A stretch of 56,440 nt of DNA, counting the filler, from Sphacelaria rigidula (taxonomy: Eukaryota), in NCBI GenBank assembly GCA_964200075.2. It is 7 parts of 7 records of this genome, joined end to end, with 100 filler letters (N's around TTAATTAATTAA, not from the genome) between each part and the next. Parts side by side here need not be neighbours in the genome. Positions count along the whole stretch, not along the records: positions 16,156 to 24,132 come from CAXNAA020012767.1; positions 24,233 to 32,209 come from CAXNAA020012768.1; positions 32,310 to 40,286 come from CAXNAA020012769.1; 4 more parts are not named here. One strand, written 5' to 3'. The notes beneath the pieces were generated by a model that had not been told where the DNA came from, made no database searches, and saw only the letters and a program-made list of their open reading frames with translations. Below are positions 23,781 to 36,227 of this stretch, piece after piece (positions within the stretch are counted from its first letter, which is position 1; every line of letters begins with the position of its first letter). Made by a program: the position numbers and the translations under genes.

Positions 23781-24132
23781 CGACAAAACGGTAAAATGGT
23801 CAGTAGTTCGAAGGGGAAAAGAAAGGTGTTAGTCGAGCATTACCGTAAACTAGGAACACCAGAGACAATCACGGAGTTCGACAAGGAGTTCGAAAACAAA
23901 ATCAACGCGTGTACAGAAGAAAATGTACAAAAGTCAAAACGGGGGGATAGAGGCTCGAAATTATTGCAGAGAGAGTGTACTGAAGCACAGATAGGCAGCA
24001 TGGGCAGACGTCGTGAAACTGTCTCAAGTACAGGGGAGAAGGAATGATTTCCATGATGGTTATGCTGTACAACTGCATCTGGGAGAACGAGTACACACCC
24101 AAGAGGTGGAGAGAAGGAGTAGTCGTCAATCT
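23781..24132 (+). mobile_element. LINE ORF2 linker and start of reverse transcriptase (truncated by scaffold end)
   Basis: NGKMVSSSKGKRKVLVEHYRKLG.., then a frameshift to ..GEGMISMMVMLYNCIWENEYTPKRWREGVVVNL (RT domain 0-1, P..W....V..L). Confidence 0.8.
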
Positions 24133-24232
24133 NNNNNNNNNNNNNNNNNNNNNNNNNNNNNNNNNNNNNNNNNNNNTTAATTAATTAANNNNNNNNNNNN
24201 NNNNNNNNNNNNNNNNNNNNNNNNNNNNNNNN
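24133..24232. other. Artificial scaffold linker
   Basis: N run containing TTAATTAATTAA. Confidence 0.97.
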
Positions 24233-24479
24233 TAACTCAATTCATTGTTAATTGCCCTTATTAGGGACCCCCTCCTCCTCCCCGACCCCCTTTATTTTTT
24301 TTAGGGGGTTGGGGGGGGGGGGGGGGCGCACTCATTTGTTGCTTGCCTTAGTCATTTCAGGGGGGTCGGGAGGGATGAGGTCGTCCAAATGAAATCCCGT
24401 TGTCATGAATTTAGGTCAGGGAAAGCACGGCTTTTGAGTTGAACCTCAAATATTTTATTCAACCCCATTTTCGAAAATC

Positions 24480-25623
24480 CACTGTTAATATCTCATCAAC
24501 ATTAACGAGTTGGGTCGTCATCTGCATGTCGTACTAATCGTTTACTCAAGATGACGGTGCCGATCTGCTCAAACGTAAAGGTCAGTATTTCCTCGTTGAT
24601 TCAACCCCATGTCTAGCAATCATTTTTCCGTACCGAGATCGTGTCTATACTACATTAAACCACGAACGATATATTTAGTCAGCGGACGATGACGATTTTT
24701 TATGTGGATATTTCCTGGAGCACGGGGAGACGATATATACCCTCACCCCCACCTGATTCGTTACCTGTCTCGAGTTATGGCGCACGTGAGCTTCAATACC
24801 ATAGTCAATATATTACGAGTAGAGGCACCAGATGCACTAAGTTTGGATATCGCGTCTCAGGTTTTGAAAATTATGCCTTGAAATTTCGTATGGAGAACCG
24901 CTAGGGCATGAAAAAAATATCTGCATTTTTTTCATTTTTTTAAAATATATTCTGGGGAGTTTGAGGAGAAGTGAACGCTGCTCTCGGGTCTTATCTCCGT
25001 TTTCCAACTCAATTTATACAAATATTATTCGAAATTCAGCACGGAGAACCACAGGGGTATGCTAAATGCAGCACGAAAAAATCCATCAACAATTTTGTTT
25101 TTCAAGGTTCGGGCGTTCTCGTACGAAATTGGCCGATAACATACTAAAACGCCTTAAACTAGTAAAAAAACAAATGAATACGAACCTGACCTAGCTATTA
25201 TAGTTCATTTATGTCCTGACGAGGTCCCACATTGAATTTCAATATACAAGCATCGACCGTGGGCCGGTGAGTGACCTGCGTAAAACAGGTGCGATTCTCT
25301 ATCGGCCCAGTTACTAAACGGCCCATTATCACCTGAGTTTTAGAGTTGGACCCTGAAATTTGATACGAACAATGCACAGGGGAAGAAAAGAATAACTGTT
25401 CGACTCGAATATTTAAACATATTAATGAGTTAGAGGCCATGATCACTTGTCAGGTCTCCGCAATACGCCGGTAAACCATGAAAAAACAGAAGACTTTGGA
25501 TCGGAGCATTATTGTTCAAGTAGGCCCTATTCATTGTCCATACCAATTTCAGAGACCGACGCTCGAAATTGAGGTGAGAATAGGCCTGCAGACTACAAAT
25601 CCGCTTCTAGGCTGGCCCAGCCC
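24480..25623. mobile_element. TA-TSD family element, reverse-oriented copy with one degenerate end
   Basis: Ends aaatccgcttctaggctggcccagc. The interior is reverse-complement homologous to 17441-18627. Confidence 0.7.
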
Positions 25624-25699
25624 ACAGTTGTTCAACATTGCGAGGGTGATCAAAATCGCTGGCGCACGGCCTTCCCTCGCCTGACCATTTTTGCTGCGC

Positions 25700-27150
25700 A
25701 GCTCACAGGTCGTGTGGACTCCGTTGATTCGTGCCATATCTTGCGGCATACCCTGGACAACGTGTAGGGTTGGTTCAACCATGAGAAAAAAACGTGATTG
25801 GATATCACCAAGTATCGCAATAATGCGACGTGCTCTAGATCGACATGCAGAACTGGCCCTTCGTCGGCATTTATAGCGTGAACAGGAAGACACGTAAATG
25901 GCGCCACCTCACACAGACTGTCTTCAGTGCTTGAGAGGCCAGCCGACTCTTGGCAACTTCTCGTAGCGAAGAGGGACTTTTGGTGGCCAAACAAGGCCGA
26001 AGACGTGCAAGATCGTACACGTTTTTTCACATTCACCGAAGTGCCTGTACTTTTTCATGCACTCTGGCGAATGGGGGAGGCGCGCTTGATCTTGCTCGTC
26101 TTGTTTTTGTTCTAAAACCCGACGATTAGTGCTAGCGCCGAAAATCTTCGCAATGTACCGAAAGCTGGAAAGGTAGTGGGAGTGAGTGATCCCAAGGTGG
26201 CAAGACGTGCTTCGCGTCTTTCAAGGCGAAACACAGTGCCGGGGGTCGAAATATGCCTCGTTTGTCCAATAAGGAACGGTTTCGAGATAATCGGGGGATA
26301 ACTACTAGCCGTCCATGCACCAGTTCCGCATGACAAGAGCAGCACAGTCCCGTTATCGTGTGTGTAGCGTACTTGGGAACCACTCCGCAAGTCTGGTGTT
26401 CACCCATCATGAGCCACGTCGAAGAGTTGCACAGCTTAGTATCTGCCAGAACGATTGCGCAGCGAAAACCGCGCAACACAGTTCGATGCTCGAAGTCGAG
26501 AGAGCTAGAGACGAATGTATCTCCACCATACTCCTGTGCGAAGATGACCTGTACCAACATCTCGCATTTATGTTGTGCATCTACTGGATTGTCGTCTAAT
26601 CTCACGAAGGCTATACCTTGAATCCCTACCCCTTCGGAACAATGGTGAGATTCCCAGATGGTTCGGGCGGTGCCGGCAGAACTTATAGGCCTTGGCAGGG
26701 AAACCTTACGTAATACGGCTGCTAGGAGGGGAAGGGTTCGGTCGCCACACGTGGCAGGCCTTACCATCGTCTTTTCCGACATATCGGTGCGCGCATGCGC
26801 GAAGATTGCACATGGTGTGAACCTAACACTTGTTCGGTGAGAAAGCTAGTCTTACCACAGTAAAGTACACAGGTTCTCCATCCGAGGATACTTACAAGCA
26901 ACAAGTCGTGCGAATGGGTAGACTGGAAGTTGTCTGCGGCCAACTAGTTGCGCATGTTTTTCCGGTAGTACTTGTTCACAGCCTACCCCCAATCCCTCGA
27001 CTAGAGATATGCTCTCTACACGTAACTGGTTGCGTAAAGGGCTCACTCAGTTCTCGCTTACAGGTGACTATAATATTTGCGCACGCTATAATCGTTGCTC
27101 ACGTGTTTTATCCAGTAGAGATTTGGACTACTATTTGGTGACTCCTGATC
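25700..27150 (-). mobile_element. Decayed Ty1/Copia pol (RT and RNase H)
   Basis: Motifs appear in the expected order: KHAQLVGR (KARLVAR), SEKTMVRPATCGD..LRKVSL (DEDVYMRLPPGCG..LNKSL), FVRLDD (VHVDD), NADEG (EDNEG), SACRSR (SARSKH). Confidence 0.5.
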
Positions 27151-27926
27151 TGAGCCCATGAATTTCGGAACCCAAACTCTCTCCTGCACCGATTGCTGTT
27201 GGCTGCGTGATACCCGTTGGTACGGTCACGCGGAGGCCCTCTCACCTCTTGTTGTTCCAACCCTGTCTTCATGCTCGTCGCCCACCGCCGGTTTGGATTC
27301 GCTAGTAGCGTTCATGATGACGCGAGGAAACCCCGCACTTGGCGTTTCACCCTTGAGGTGTGTGATGCGACTGATTGATTGATTGATGGAACCTTAGATC
27401 GGGAACCAACTTCAATTCGCGAGCTGCGGCGTTTTACCCGGCGTTGAGACACTGTCACGAAAAGCACGTTAATGGAGATGAGGAACGTGTGAGTAAGTAC
27501 CAGAGTCGGCGGAATGAGGATAGCAGCCGACGCGGGATGGGAAGGCTGTAACCTCCCTGCGAGACCAACAAGCGAGGCGAATACCGTGACAGACATGCCA
27601 AAGAAAAAAATCAGATGCGAAGAGCCTAAAATACTCGTCGTCGGTGGACGCTCTGTTGCGACCCTTTCACTTCATGCACCTTACAGCAGCAGACGGTGAA
27701 CAGGGTGCGTCGTCCAGCCCAGGTCAGTACAACACGAAATGACGGACATGTCACAGCGTACATGGCCTGGCATACTGCTCAGGTACACAGCAACAAGGCT
27801 CATGCAAGTTTACGGCAACCTAGTGATGAATAAAACAAATGGCGACCACGGAAGGCGCAGGCTGCGAGCAGGAACGTACGGTGCCAACAACCGGTAATTG
27901 ATCATCAGTTCAGCCAAAAACAATCC

Positions 27927-28040
27927 TGCGGCCAGCGGGAAATGCAAAGTTGCCCTGTAACGGCCTCAACGAGTAGAGCAAGTCATTCCAAGGCGTCGAC
28001 ATACTTCAGCTCTCTTCTCGAGCGTAAATCGATGGAGAAG
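27927..28040. repeat. Arm of the fold-back family seen at 124-474
   Basis: tgcggccagcgggaaatgcaaagttgccct..cggcctcaacgagtagagcaagtcattccaaggcgtc matches 365-437. Confidence 0.75.
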
Positions 28041-29039
28041 GACCCAAAAGGTGGTTTTCAGTAGGGATTTTACCCGGCTTCCATCAGAGTTGACCTAAGG
28101 CCGTGCCTTACGCCACCTTACCATTTTGCTTTCGACTCGAACGAGTCCGTGCGGCGGAATTGATGTGTTGTAGTTCGCTTTGCCGTGTATGGGTCCGAGC
28201 GAATTCGCACGCTTTGGATCGAAAAAGCTAAGCGAATTTCGTGAAGCGGTACCTGTTCATTTTCATCGAATATAGACAACAGAACGGACAGTACTGCCTG
28301 TACTGCCTGCAAAGTGTGTGTGTTTCGTACAGCATGCAGGCGCTACGCAGAAAAAAAGTGGGCAGTGTGATACCTGCGTACAGGAGTATTGTAATGAAGG
28401 TTTGAACTGCGTCCAGTTTTGCACTGCCTCTACTGTCCATGGGCGTGTTCGCAATTCGTTCGCCCACCCCACCACGCAAAGTGGACCCCACCACAAAATT
28501 AGATGCCCACGTTTTTGCCTACAAAAAACAAAGATATCATGCTAAAAGGGTGCTTGTGTCGGTTCCCAATCACTACAGTGTACGTTTCCCTACGCTCAAT
28601 TCGTGACGTATGCTGCAGGGTTGAGTTGGTAGCTCCGAATGAGCCATTTGGGTTTGGTTTTGCAAGGTTCTGTGTAAGAGCGGTATCCGGCAGGGTTGTC
28701 TGCAAGATAGCAGTCACATGCCCCTTCGTTCGTTTCCGTCGCTCATTTCGCTCAAAAAAGCTACGAGTTTCTGTTTTTCACCGTGCCCGTCGCGCGGAAA
28801 TAACTACACAATGGGCTTGAAGCAATCTGAGAACATAAATGCGGTGGGCGTATCAGTAACGAGCTAACTACGACTGACTCAATTCGACAGCATGATTCGA
28901 GTCGAAATAAAAATATTGATACACGGCCCTAGACCATCTCTTATGGCAACGAAACTCGATTTTTTGGAGAAGTCGGGGGGATTCAAACACGCGAACTCAA
29001 AATTGGGGGACCACTTTATGGCATCATCAGGACGGTTCT

Positions 29040-30590
29040 GTACTGTCATTTTCTGCATGAGTGTGGTATGCGTGCATGAAGCCGAAGAGCAAGCAGGCGG
29101 TGAAAAATCCTCCGAGTGCAGTGTCGTACCGTGGTACCCTAGGGCAATACGGTGCAGGACACTCCATCAGTACAGTACATGATAATGCCGTGTGGTAATA
29201 CATGATGGCACGGTCGGTATTGCGAGAACAGGGAACAGGGTGCGAAAAGAGTTCAGCAGTGCAGTGCCATACATCACCCTGCAAGTACAACGACAACAGA
29301 CTAGGATACTGTAGCACAGTGCCGTTTGGTAAAGTGATACATATGGCAGCGCAGTATAGCATAAAATATTACCATCGCCGCAGGGTACGGCGTCAACACT
29401 TATTTTCCGCTCATCAAACCCCGTGCAAAGCTGCCTCAGCAGCTGGCGCGGGCAGGCACGCCCTGCGTTGCCACGAGACGGTCTCGTGCTGCGGTTGTGA
29501 AAATACCAAACGCCTCATACTCTTCCATTGTACGTCAAGGCACACACGTCACCTCAAAATCGGGGGGACCTCAGCTTTCCCCCATTGAAAAAGAGTCGGA
29601 GGAAATCGTTCTGAGATCGTGACACCCCGATTTGGTCCAAATCGGGGTCCATAAAATGCGTTCCCCCATTTTGTTTTCCCTGATGCTCGGAAAAATCGCG
29701 ATTGGTGAGTGCCGTAAAAGATCGTCGATTATTCGTGGCAACGAATCTCGAGTTTTTCTTGCCTCAATTTCTTCAAAACCGGAGGACCGTTTTATGGTAC
29801 AAGCAGTATCACATATTTGTGAAAAGGTTCTGTGACTGATTTCGATTGATTGTCGCACTTTCACTGACCACCCAGAAGTCATGATCCAGCCGTGGTCACA
29901 TGATAGACGTACCCAAGATAAAAAAAAAATTAAATTGTACAAAGTTATTTTCTGCATCGGTGTGGTATTGGGAACTCGTGCATGAAGCTGAAGAGCAGGC
30001 AGGCGGTGAAGAATCCACCGAGTACAGTTTCGTACCCTTGTGCCCTAGGGTAATTCAGTGCAGGACACTCCCACCATTACAGTACACTATAATGGCGTGT
30101 AGTTGTACATGATGGCACGGTCAGTATTGCGAGGAGAGTGAACAAACAGTGCGCGAGCGGAGTTCAGTAGTGCAGTGCCATACATCACCCTGCAAATACA
30201 GCGACGTCAGACTAGGATAGTACAGTACCGTTTGTCATAGTGATACATATGGCGGCGCCATGCAGCAAAAAATATCACCATCGCCGCAGAATACGGCGTC
30301 AACATTTATTTATGATCCGCTTGTCAAACCCCGTGTAAAGCTGCCTCAGCAGCTGGCGCGGGCATGCACCCATGAGCTGTCATGAGACTGCCTTCTGCTA
30401 CGGTTGCAAAACATTTCAACGCCTCGTACCCTACCACTACTGTACGTCAAGGCACGTACGTCTCCTCTTGAGAGTCGTTCGTGACACCCTGATTTTATCA
30501 CTCCCGATTTGGTTGGAATCGGGGCCCATAAAATGCGTTCCCCGATTTTTTTTCGTCGATGTTGAAAAAATAGAGATTGGCGACTGCCAT
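29040..30590. repeat. Diverged tandem duplication of ~650-700 bp (29040-29720 vs 29940-30590)
   Basis: Both copies share gtgcatgaagc(c/t)gaagagca.gcaggcggtgaa, gtgcagtgccatacatcaccctgcaa, aaagctgcctcagcagctggcgcgggca and ccataaaatgcgttcccc. Confidence 0.85.
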
Positions 30591-30617
30591 ATAAGATGGA
30601 CTCAGCCCGTGTCTTAG

Positions 30618-30780
30618 CGCATTAATTTTTGATCGAAATTGTGCGGTGGGAAACAAAAATCCCCACCTGATAAGTCGTGATTTCAACTATCTTCAAAATG
30701 TTCGACGATGGTTGGTATCACGACCCAGAAGATCTAGATTTTTGTTTTCCACCGCACATTTTCGATCGAAAACTAATGCG
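30618..30780. repeat. Inverted repeat with ~45-bp arms
   Basis: cgcattaatttttgatcgaaattgtgcggtgggaaacaaaaatc / gatttttgttttccaccgcacattttcgatcgaaaactaatgcg. Confidence 0.8.
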
Positions 30781-31733
30781 GCAAGGGCGTGTCTTAAGCC
30801 TTTTTTTTCGATCGAAAAATGGGGCGGTGGAATCGATTCGAGCGAAATTTCTCGTTTAATGCAGTTAGGTCCAGATGGATTTTCTAGCTTTCGGTCGAAA
30901 AAATGCAGAGAAAGTCGTGACACGGTACACGGTCACTCGTGAACAGTACAGACAGTCTGTGCTGTCTGCACTGCTTGCAAACATTGTCTTGAGTGCGTGA
31001 GTGCGTGTTTCGTACAGGAGGATATCATAGGGAAGTGGGCAACGTGCAGTGCAGACAGCCCAGGATTATCAGTTCTCTCTGCTTGCAATGCGACGTGAAA
31101 AGGACTTCAGCAACGTGCAGCTTTGTACTGCCTGCAGTGTCCATGACCGTGTACGCAACTCGGTTGCCCACCGTACCACGCAGTTCCGTCGCTAATCCTG
31201 ACCATGAGAGAAGATGCGCAAGTTCTCGTCAACAAATAATATACAAAGCACACCCGACTGCTGCAGTGCATCTATCCCTAGGCTCAACTCGTGCTCTATG
31301 CTGCAGGGTTGCGGTGGTACAGTAGTCAGCGTCAGAAGTGTGCAGGATCCGTAATTTCTTAGTATCTCAAAGACTGTCCAAATTTGTTTTGCTTGCCACC
31401 GCTCATCACAGTGACTGTTGGATGCCAAAAAACGGGCATCCGCAGATATTTTGTATCTCTCGACAAATATTGAAATAAAAGTTATCTTCGATTAATAATG
31501 AGTGACTTACGGGCTTGACCGATCTTCGGGGGTCCTGCAAAAATACGACCCCAGGCTCTAGCTTTTCGGTATTTCCGGAGGATCGACTGGATCCAGATTG
31601 TATAAGGGAAGACTCAAAAAGAATTTTGTTTTTGAAATGCCACCTAGGTACTGCCCTAAAGCAGGGAAACTATGTTTCTTGGACCATTTACGGTCAATAG
31701 CACCCCCTTGATAAACGGGGTCTTCAACCGGTA

Positions 31734-32014
31734 GACACTTTCTACGATACCCCCCCCAAAAAACCAGCTAAAAGTGTCACGAAAAAAATAGCCATACAGC
31801 GCCTGATGTTCGGGTTCAGGCATGCATGCATATGGGCGACATTGGCTAGAACGAACCAAAGCGTGGGAATTCCCAGCTTCTCGTTGTGCTCGGCCTTTCC
31901 CATTTCGANNNNNNNNNNTTGTGCTGGGGCTTTCCCCGTTGGATTTTCGAGGAGGTTTTTCCCCCCCAAAGTTGGGCTTTTTTTTTTGGGGGGGGGGCTA
32001 TCGTAGACAGTGTC
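31734..32014. mobile_element. MITE with GAC..GTC termini and 4-bp TSD (GGTA)
   Basis: GGTA|gacactttctacgataccccccccaaaaaa ... ttttttggggggggggctatcgtagacagtgtc|GGTA. Confidence 0.8.
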
Positions 32015-32209
32015 GGTATCGCCCCCACAACACCAACTTGGGCGATTGTGATTTGAGCACGGTTTGCTCATTTTGCCAAAACTATCGACGCTAGCACTTA
32101 CTTTCGAGTGCTCATGGAAAATGCTATGCGAAAGAAAACGAAAATAGGCCATCTGCAGAAAATGCTAGATAGAGCAAGGGGCCCTACAGACTGGAAAACG
32201 GTTTATACC

Positions 32210-32309
32210 NNNNNNNNNNNNNNNNNNNNNNNNNNNNNNNNNNNNNNNNNNNNTTAATTAATTAANNNNNNNNNNNNNNNNNNNNNNNNNNNNNNNNNNN
32301 NNNNNNNNN
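32210..32309. other. Artificial scaffold linker
   Basis: N run containing TTAATTAATTAA. Confidence 0.97.
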
Positions 32310-32462
32310 TGTCCGGGCTGTGTTATAGTAGGTTGAACAAATAGGAGGGTTAGCTTCTCTATTTCATGTCTTTGTTCGGGCTGTGTTATAGTAGGCTACA
32401 TAAAAAGGAGGGTTAGCTTCTGTATTCCATGTCTATGTCCGGGCTGTGTTATAGTAGGTTAC
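32310..32462. repeat. 63-bp tandem repeat (~2.4 copies, runs into the scaffold end)
   Basis: tgt(c/t)cgggctgtgttatagtagg starts at 32310, 32373 and 32436. Confidence 0.9.
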
Positions 32463-32817
32463 AAAAAATGTGTTCCCGGGGGACACCATGGGGTTGTTTG
32501 ATTGTTTTCATGTTGTGTTCGTAGGTCCGGAACGTTTTCTAGTGGCGGTCCCCGGTATATGTAAGGTGACAGTCTGTACATTTGTCTAGGTTTTGGTGAC
32601 TTGTTTTTAGCGCCGTTCGTTGCCACTCGACGCCAACCCAAGAGTCTAGAGTGAGGAGTTGGGTGGTGGGGGGGGGAGGGGGGCACGTGTCCAATTTTTT
32701 TCTCCCGACAGACCCCTGGTACGTTGACAATTAGTCGTGAGAAAGAGAGTCTAGCGTTGATAGAGAGTGAGTTATGTTATTCGCTCTAACTTGACCAGTT
32801 TTTCATTTCATGTTTAC

Positions 32818-33257
32818 CACGGAATCTCACAAATCGGGCGTGGATCTTTTATTGGGGATGAGAAACCCCGGGAGTCAAAATCTTCATATCCACACCAAAT
32901 CTTCGAAATATGATGCCATTTCTTCACCTACTGATAGCTAGTGACAACTACTACACGCCGTAGAAATGTGGATTTCGATCACCGAAATCTTGTGGTCGTA
33001 GTTGAAAAACCAATTCTGGGGAGTTATGGGTGTCCGAACGGACGCCAAAATGGTTCCGAAATTGGTTTTTCAACTAGGACCCCGACATTTCGGTGATCGA
33101 AATCCAAATTTCTGCGCTGTGTAGCAGTTTTCAATAGCTATCAGTAGGTGAAGAAATGGCACAATGTTTCGAAGATTTGGTGTGGATACGAAGATTTTAG
33201 TTCTCCGGGTTTCTCATCCCCAATGAAAGATCCATCCCCAATTTGTAATATCCCGTG
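32818..33257. mobile_element. Palindromic CACGG..CCGTG MITE (same family as 641-1068)
   Basis: Long inverted arms, with end-to-end similarity to 641-1068. Confidence 0.8.
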
Positions 33258-33501
33258 TTTTTTCTTCGCCTGTACAACTGTCGTGTGCTGACAGAATCAC
33301 ACCGATATCCTTCTCGGGGATATCGAAGGCTTCAGCGGCAATCCACGGAAGACTATGTGCATCGGGCCTCGTACAAGACCTGGAGGAACATTTCGGACCT
33401 GAAAGTCCTCAACTCATTGATTGACCGCTTCTCACTCTCATCGTATCATGAACTCTCATTATTCCAGCGTTCTCGTATACTATAAATCGCGCACTACTCT
33501 T

Positions 33502-33754
33502 GTGTCATACCACGGTAGGGGTGCACCTCTTTGGTACGAACCTTCTCTTATCGAGGCTCCTAAACTTGGAGCCGCCGGGAGTATGGGCCAGGGCGTGTCC
33601 GTTTCAAGATGACTGTCGGGATATCCCTAGCCCATAGTAGTATGATTAATCGTGCGGCGTTCTCTCTCTGTAATTTTTTTTTGGATGAGATACAAGGCTC
33701 CTCACAAAATGTTTTGCAAGGAATCTTTTGTACATTCCTGTCGTGGCATCACTC
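33502..33754. mobile_element. Diverged MITE, type A
   Basis: gtgtcataccacggtagggg ... cctgtcgtggcatcactc. Internal ttggatgagata..ggctcc is shared with the copies at 19994 and 21098. Confidence 0.65.
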
Positions 33755-33912
33755 TACTCCTGATCACGAGAGCATTCGCTGATGCAATAGCGTCACCATC
33801 TAAAACAATTCAGGAGACGGTTACTATTTTATAAAAACGCAATACCTTTCGGTTACTGTCATGCTACAGAAGAATCAGAATTGCCAGGTACAGCAACCTG
33901 CAAATATTTTGT

Positions 33913-34730
33913 TCATCCGGTGTTGCCATACTTTTTCTTCCTATCATCACCAACTGGGGGTTCAACCCTCCCGTCGGCAACTGCTTCTTGGTTTCTCCTT
34001 TTCACGCAGTTCTGGTGAGGTACACCTGGATTGACGTAATAAACAGCCAGAAGGCACGCACATGGACAACTGCCATTTGACATGCATCTCTCCTGTGGAA
34101 AACTTTCATGTGGATTCAACAGGTGAACACACCTGGCCATATTGGTCGATCAGTTTGTGTTGGAATCTTTGCGCGTGAGATCACCTTTCAGAAGAAGACA
34201 ATCCAATAAAATATGACGACTTGACGAGTGCAGTGAACTGTAGCTGAATGTAATGCAATGAAACGGCATATTATTGTGAAATGCGTTGAGCAGAACTACA
34301 TCAGTAACGAAATGTACCTGAAACATTGAGTTTGAAAAACATGTTTGATTGACATTGACAAACAATATGCTGAGGCGCATTCAACCAACATGATGAACGC
34401 AAAATGGCCGTGAGTGCTAAGAAGGAGTTGGTCGGAGGGAACGAATAAATGACAAAGTACGCTCGAGTATAGTGCCTTGGGGTTCACTTAGGGTCAAATG
34501 CGTCGGCTGACCTTCAAGAGTCAACCCTACATGATAGTCAAGCACTCTCTCGCTCCGTTAACGCCATCCTCAATTAGTCGACACGACATACCGCGTATTT
34601 CGTTATCCCAGCATCCCGGGGAAGGAGAGGGGTTGAAAATGTGACAAAAAATGAATATAAAATCGAGGATCGGATATTTCGTGCTGTTCAACCGTACCAA
34701 TCGTTTCCACGCACATACATTTTCAGGCAT
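33913..34730 (-). mobile_element. Possible Mutator (MULE/SWIM) transposase remnant
   Basis: Overlapping frames give KWQLSMCLP and SCPCACLLAVY, reminiscent of SWIM C.C..WQL.G.PC.H.LAV. Very decayed. Confidence 0.25.
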
Positions 34731-36227
34731 CCTTTTGGGGGTTTAATCATGGTCATGAGTCGCGCTTAAAAAGGTTGAAACGCAATACATCATGAACTAA
34801 CTCAGACCATCCTCAAAATGCCACGTGAGGAGAACACACAAAACGTACAAGATGCGGTATATAATATGTAAAGGTATAAAATTAGTATATTAACAGTACT
34901 CGTAGCGGGCCGCTACCTACCACAGTAAAAGAGAACAGACACTGAGTTGTGGTCCCAGCCTCAAGCCTTTTACCGTAGCCTTACCAGAACGTCAATACCG
35001 CATGGCAATACCCAACATGTAGGAATGAGGTTTGGGCAAATCCTTGAGCCCGATCCTCCAGACCCTTCTCCTAACCAAACCCCGAAAGGTCAGCTCGAGT
35101 CTCAAGTATGTTAGGTACCGGCGGGCGGCTACCGTGTTGCAAATAAAATCTCAAGCCGAGTGGACTGAACTAAACGGCGGGGAAAAAGAGGAGCAGCAGC
35201 AGATTCGATGCAGTTCCGAATAATACACGTCACCAAATACAAAATTGCATTTCTTCCCTATTCCGACAGAATAGGCAACGCTGGCAGCAGTAGCATACAT
35301 CATGTATACAATTCCCATAGGCGTGATCCTTCAAATAACCAACATACAGCAGAGCACAGTAGAGGCTAGCGCACAGCAACGCAACACGGAGGACATCAAT
35401 GAATTTGAAAAGGAAAAAACAAATGCGACATACCACCGTGCATCTATCTCATCGAAAGAACAATCGAACACGAGATGAGGTGAAGTCACAAGAAATGACG
35501 GAAACGATGAACACCAACAAACACTCAACACAGAAACACCGCGTGGGATCGATGTCTCACAGACACAGGTCATCTTGACAGTAACGACCTTCATTGATAC
35601 TGTACAAAGTCCCCCCCCCTCCCCTTCCCCCACCCGCGGAAATAACAAGGCAGAATGACACACGATCACGGCCAGCGCCCGTATGCAACGTTTCATTCGC
35701 GGATACTATTATGCCTCACTGCCACGCAAGTGCGAAATTCAAATCCGGGCGTGAAAATTGCCATTTCGGAGCTTTTACCCACTGTCGGGAGGCCTTCTTT
35801 TCCATCGGGGCAAAACAAAATGATGAAAAAACATCGACCGCTTGCCCATCTACCCCACAACCAAACTCCAGCGCGTGGTACTTCAATAAAAAATGAACAC
35901 TATTAAGCGAAAAAAAAGCTTCACACCATTGGACCACACCGCTAATTTCATCATTGGGGAATCCATTACCCAGCTGTCTCGGGCGGTTTCTCACCAATCA
36001 CACGTCCGCTTTAAAATATGTTGACCAATTAGAGAAGACGAACAATAAACTGTTACCCTCCTCCCTCCGCCCCCGCCCCCCTCTCCAACTGCTGCGACAT
36101 AATACCCCCGGTGTGCATGTCGATACGCCTCCATCGGTGCTCCAATCCCTGTCGGAAGGAAGAGGAAAGCGGCATCTTTCTGGAAACTTGTCGCAGGCTA
36201 AACCGCGAGCAACGGAAGTGACATACA

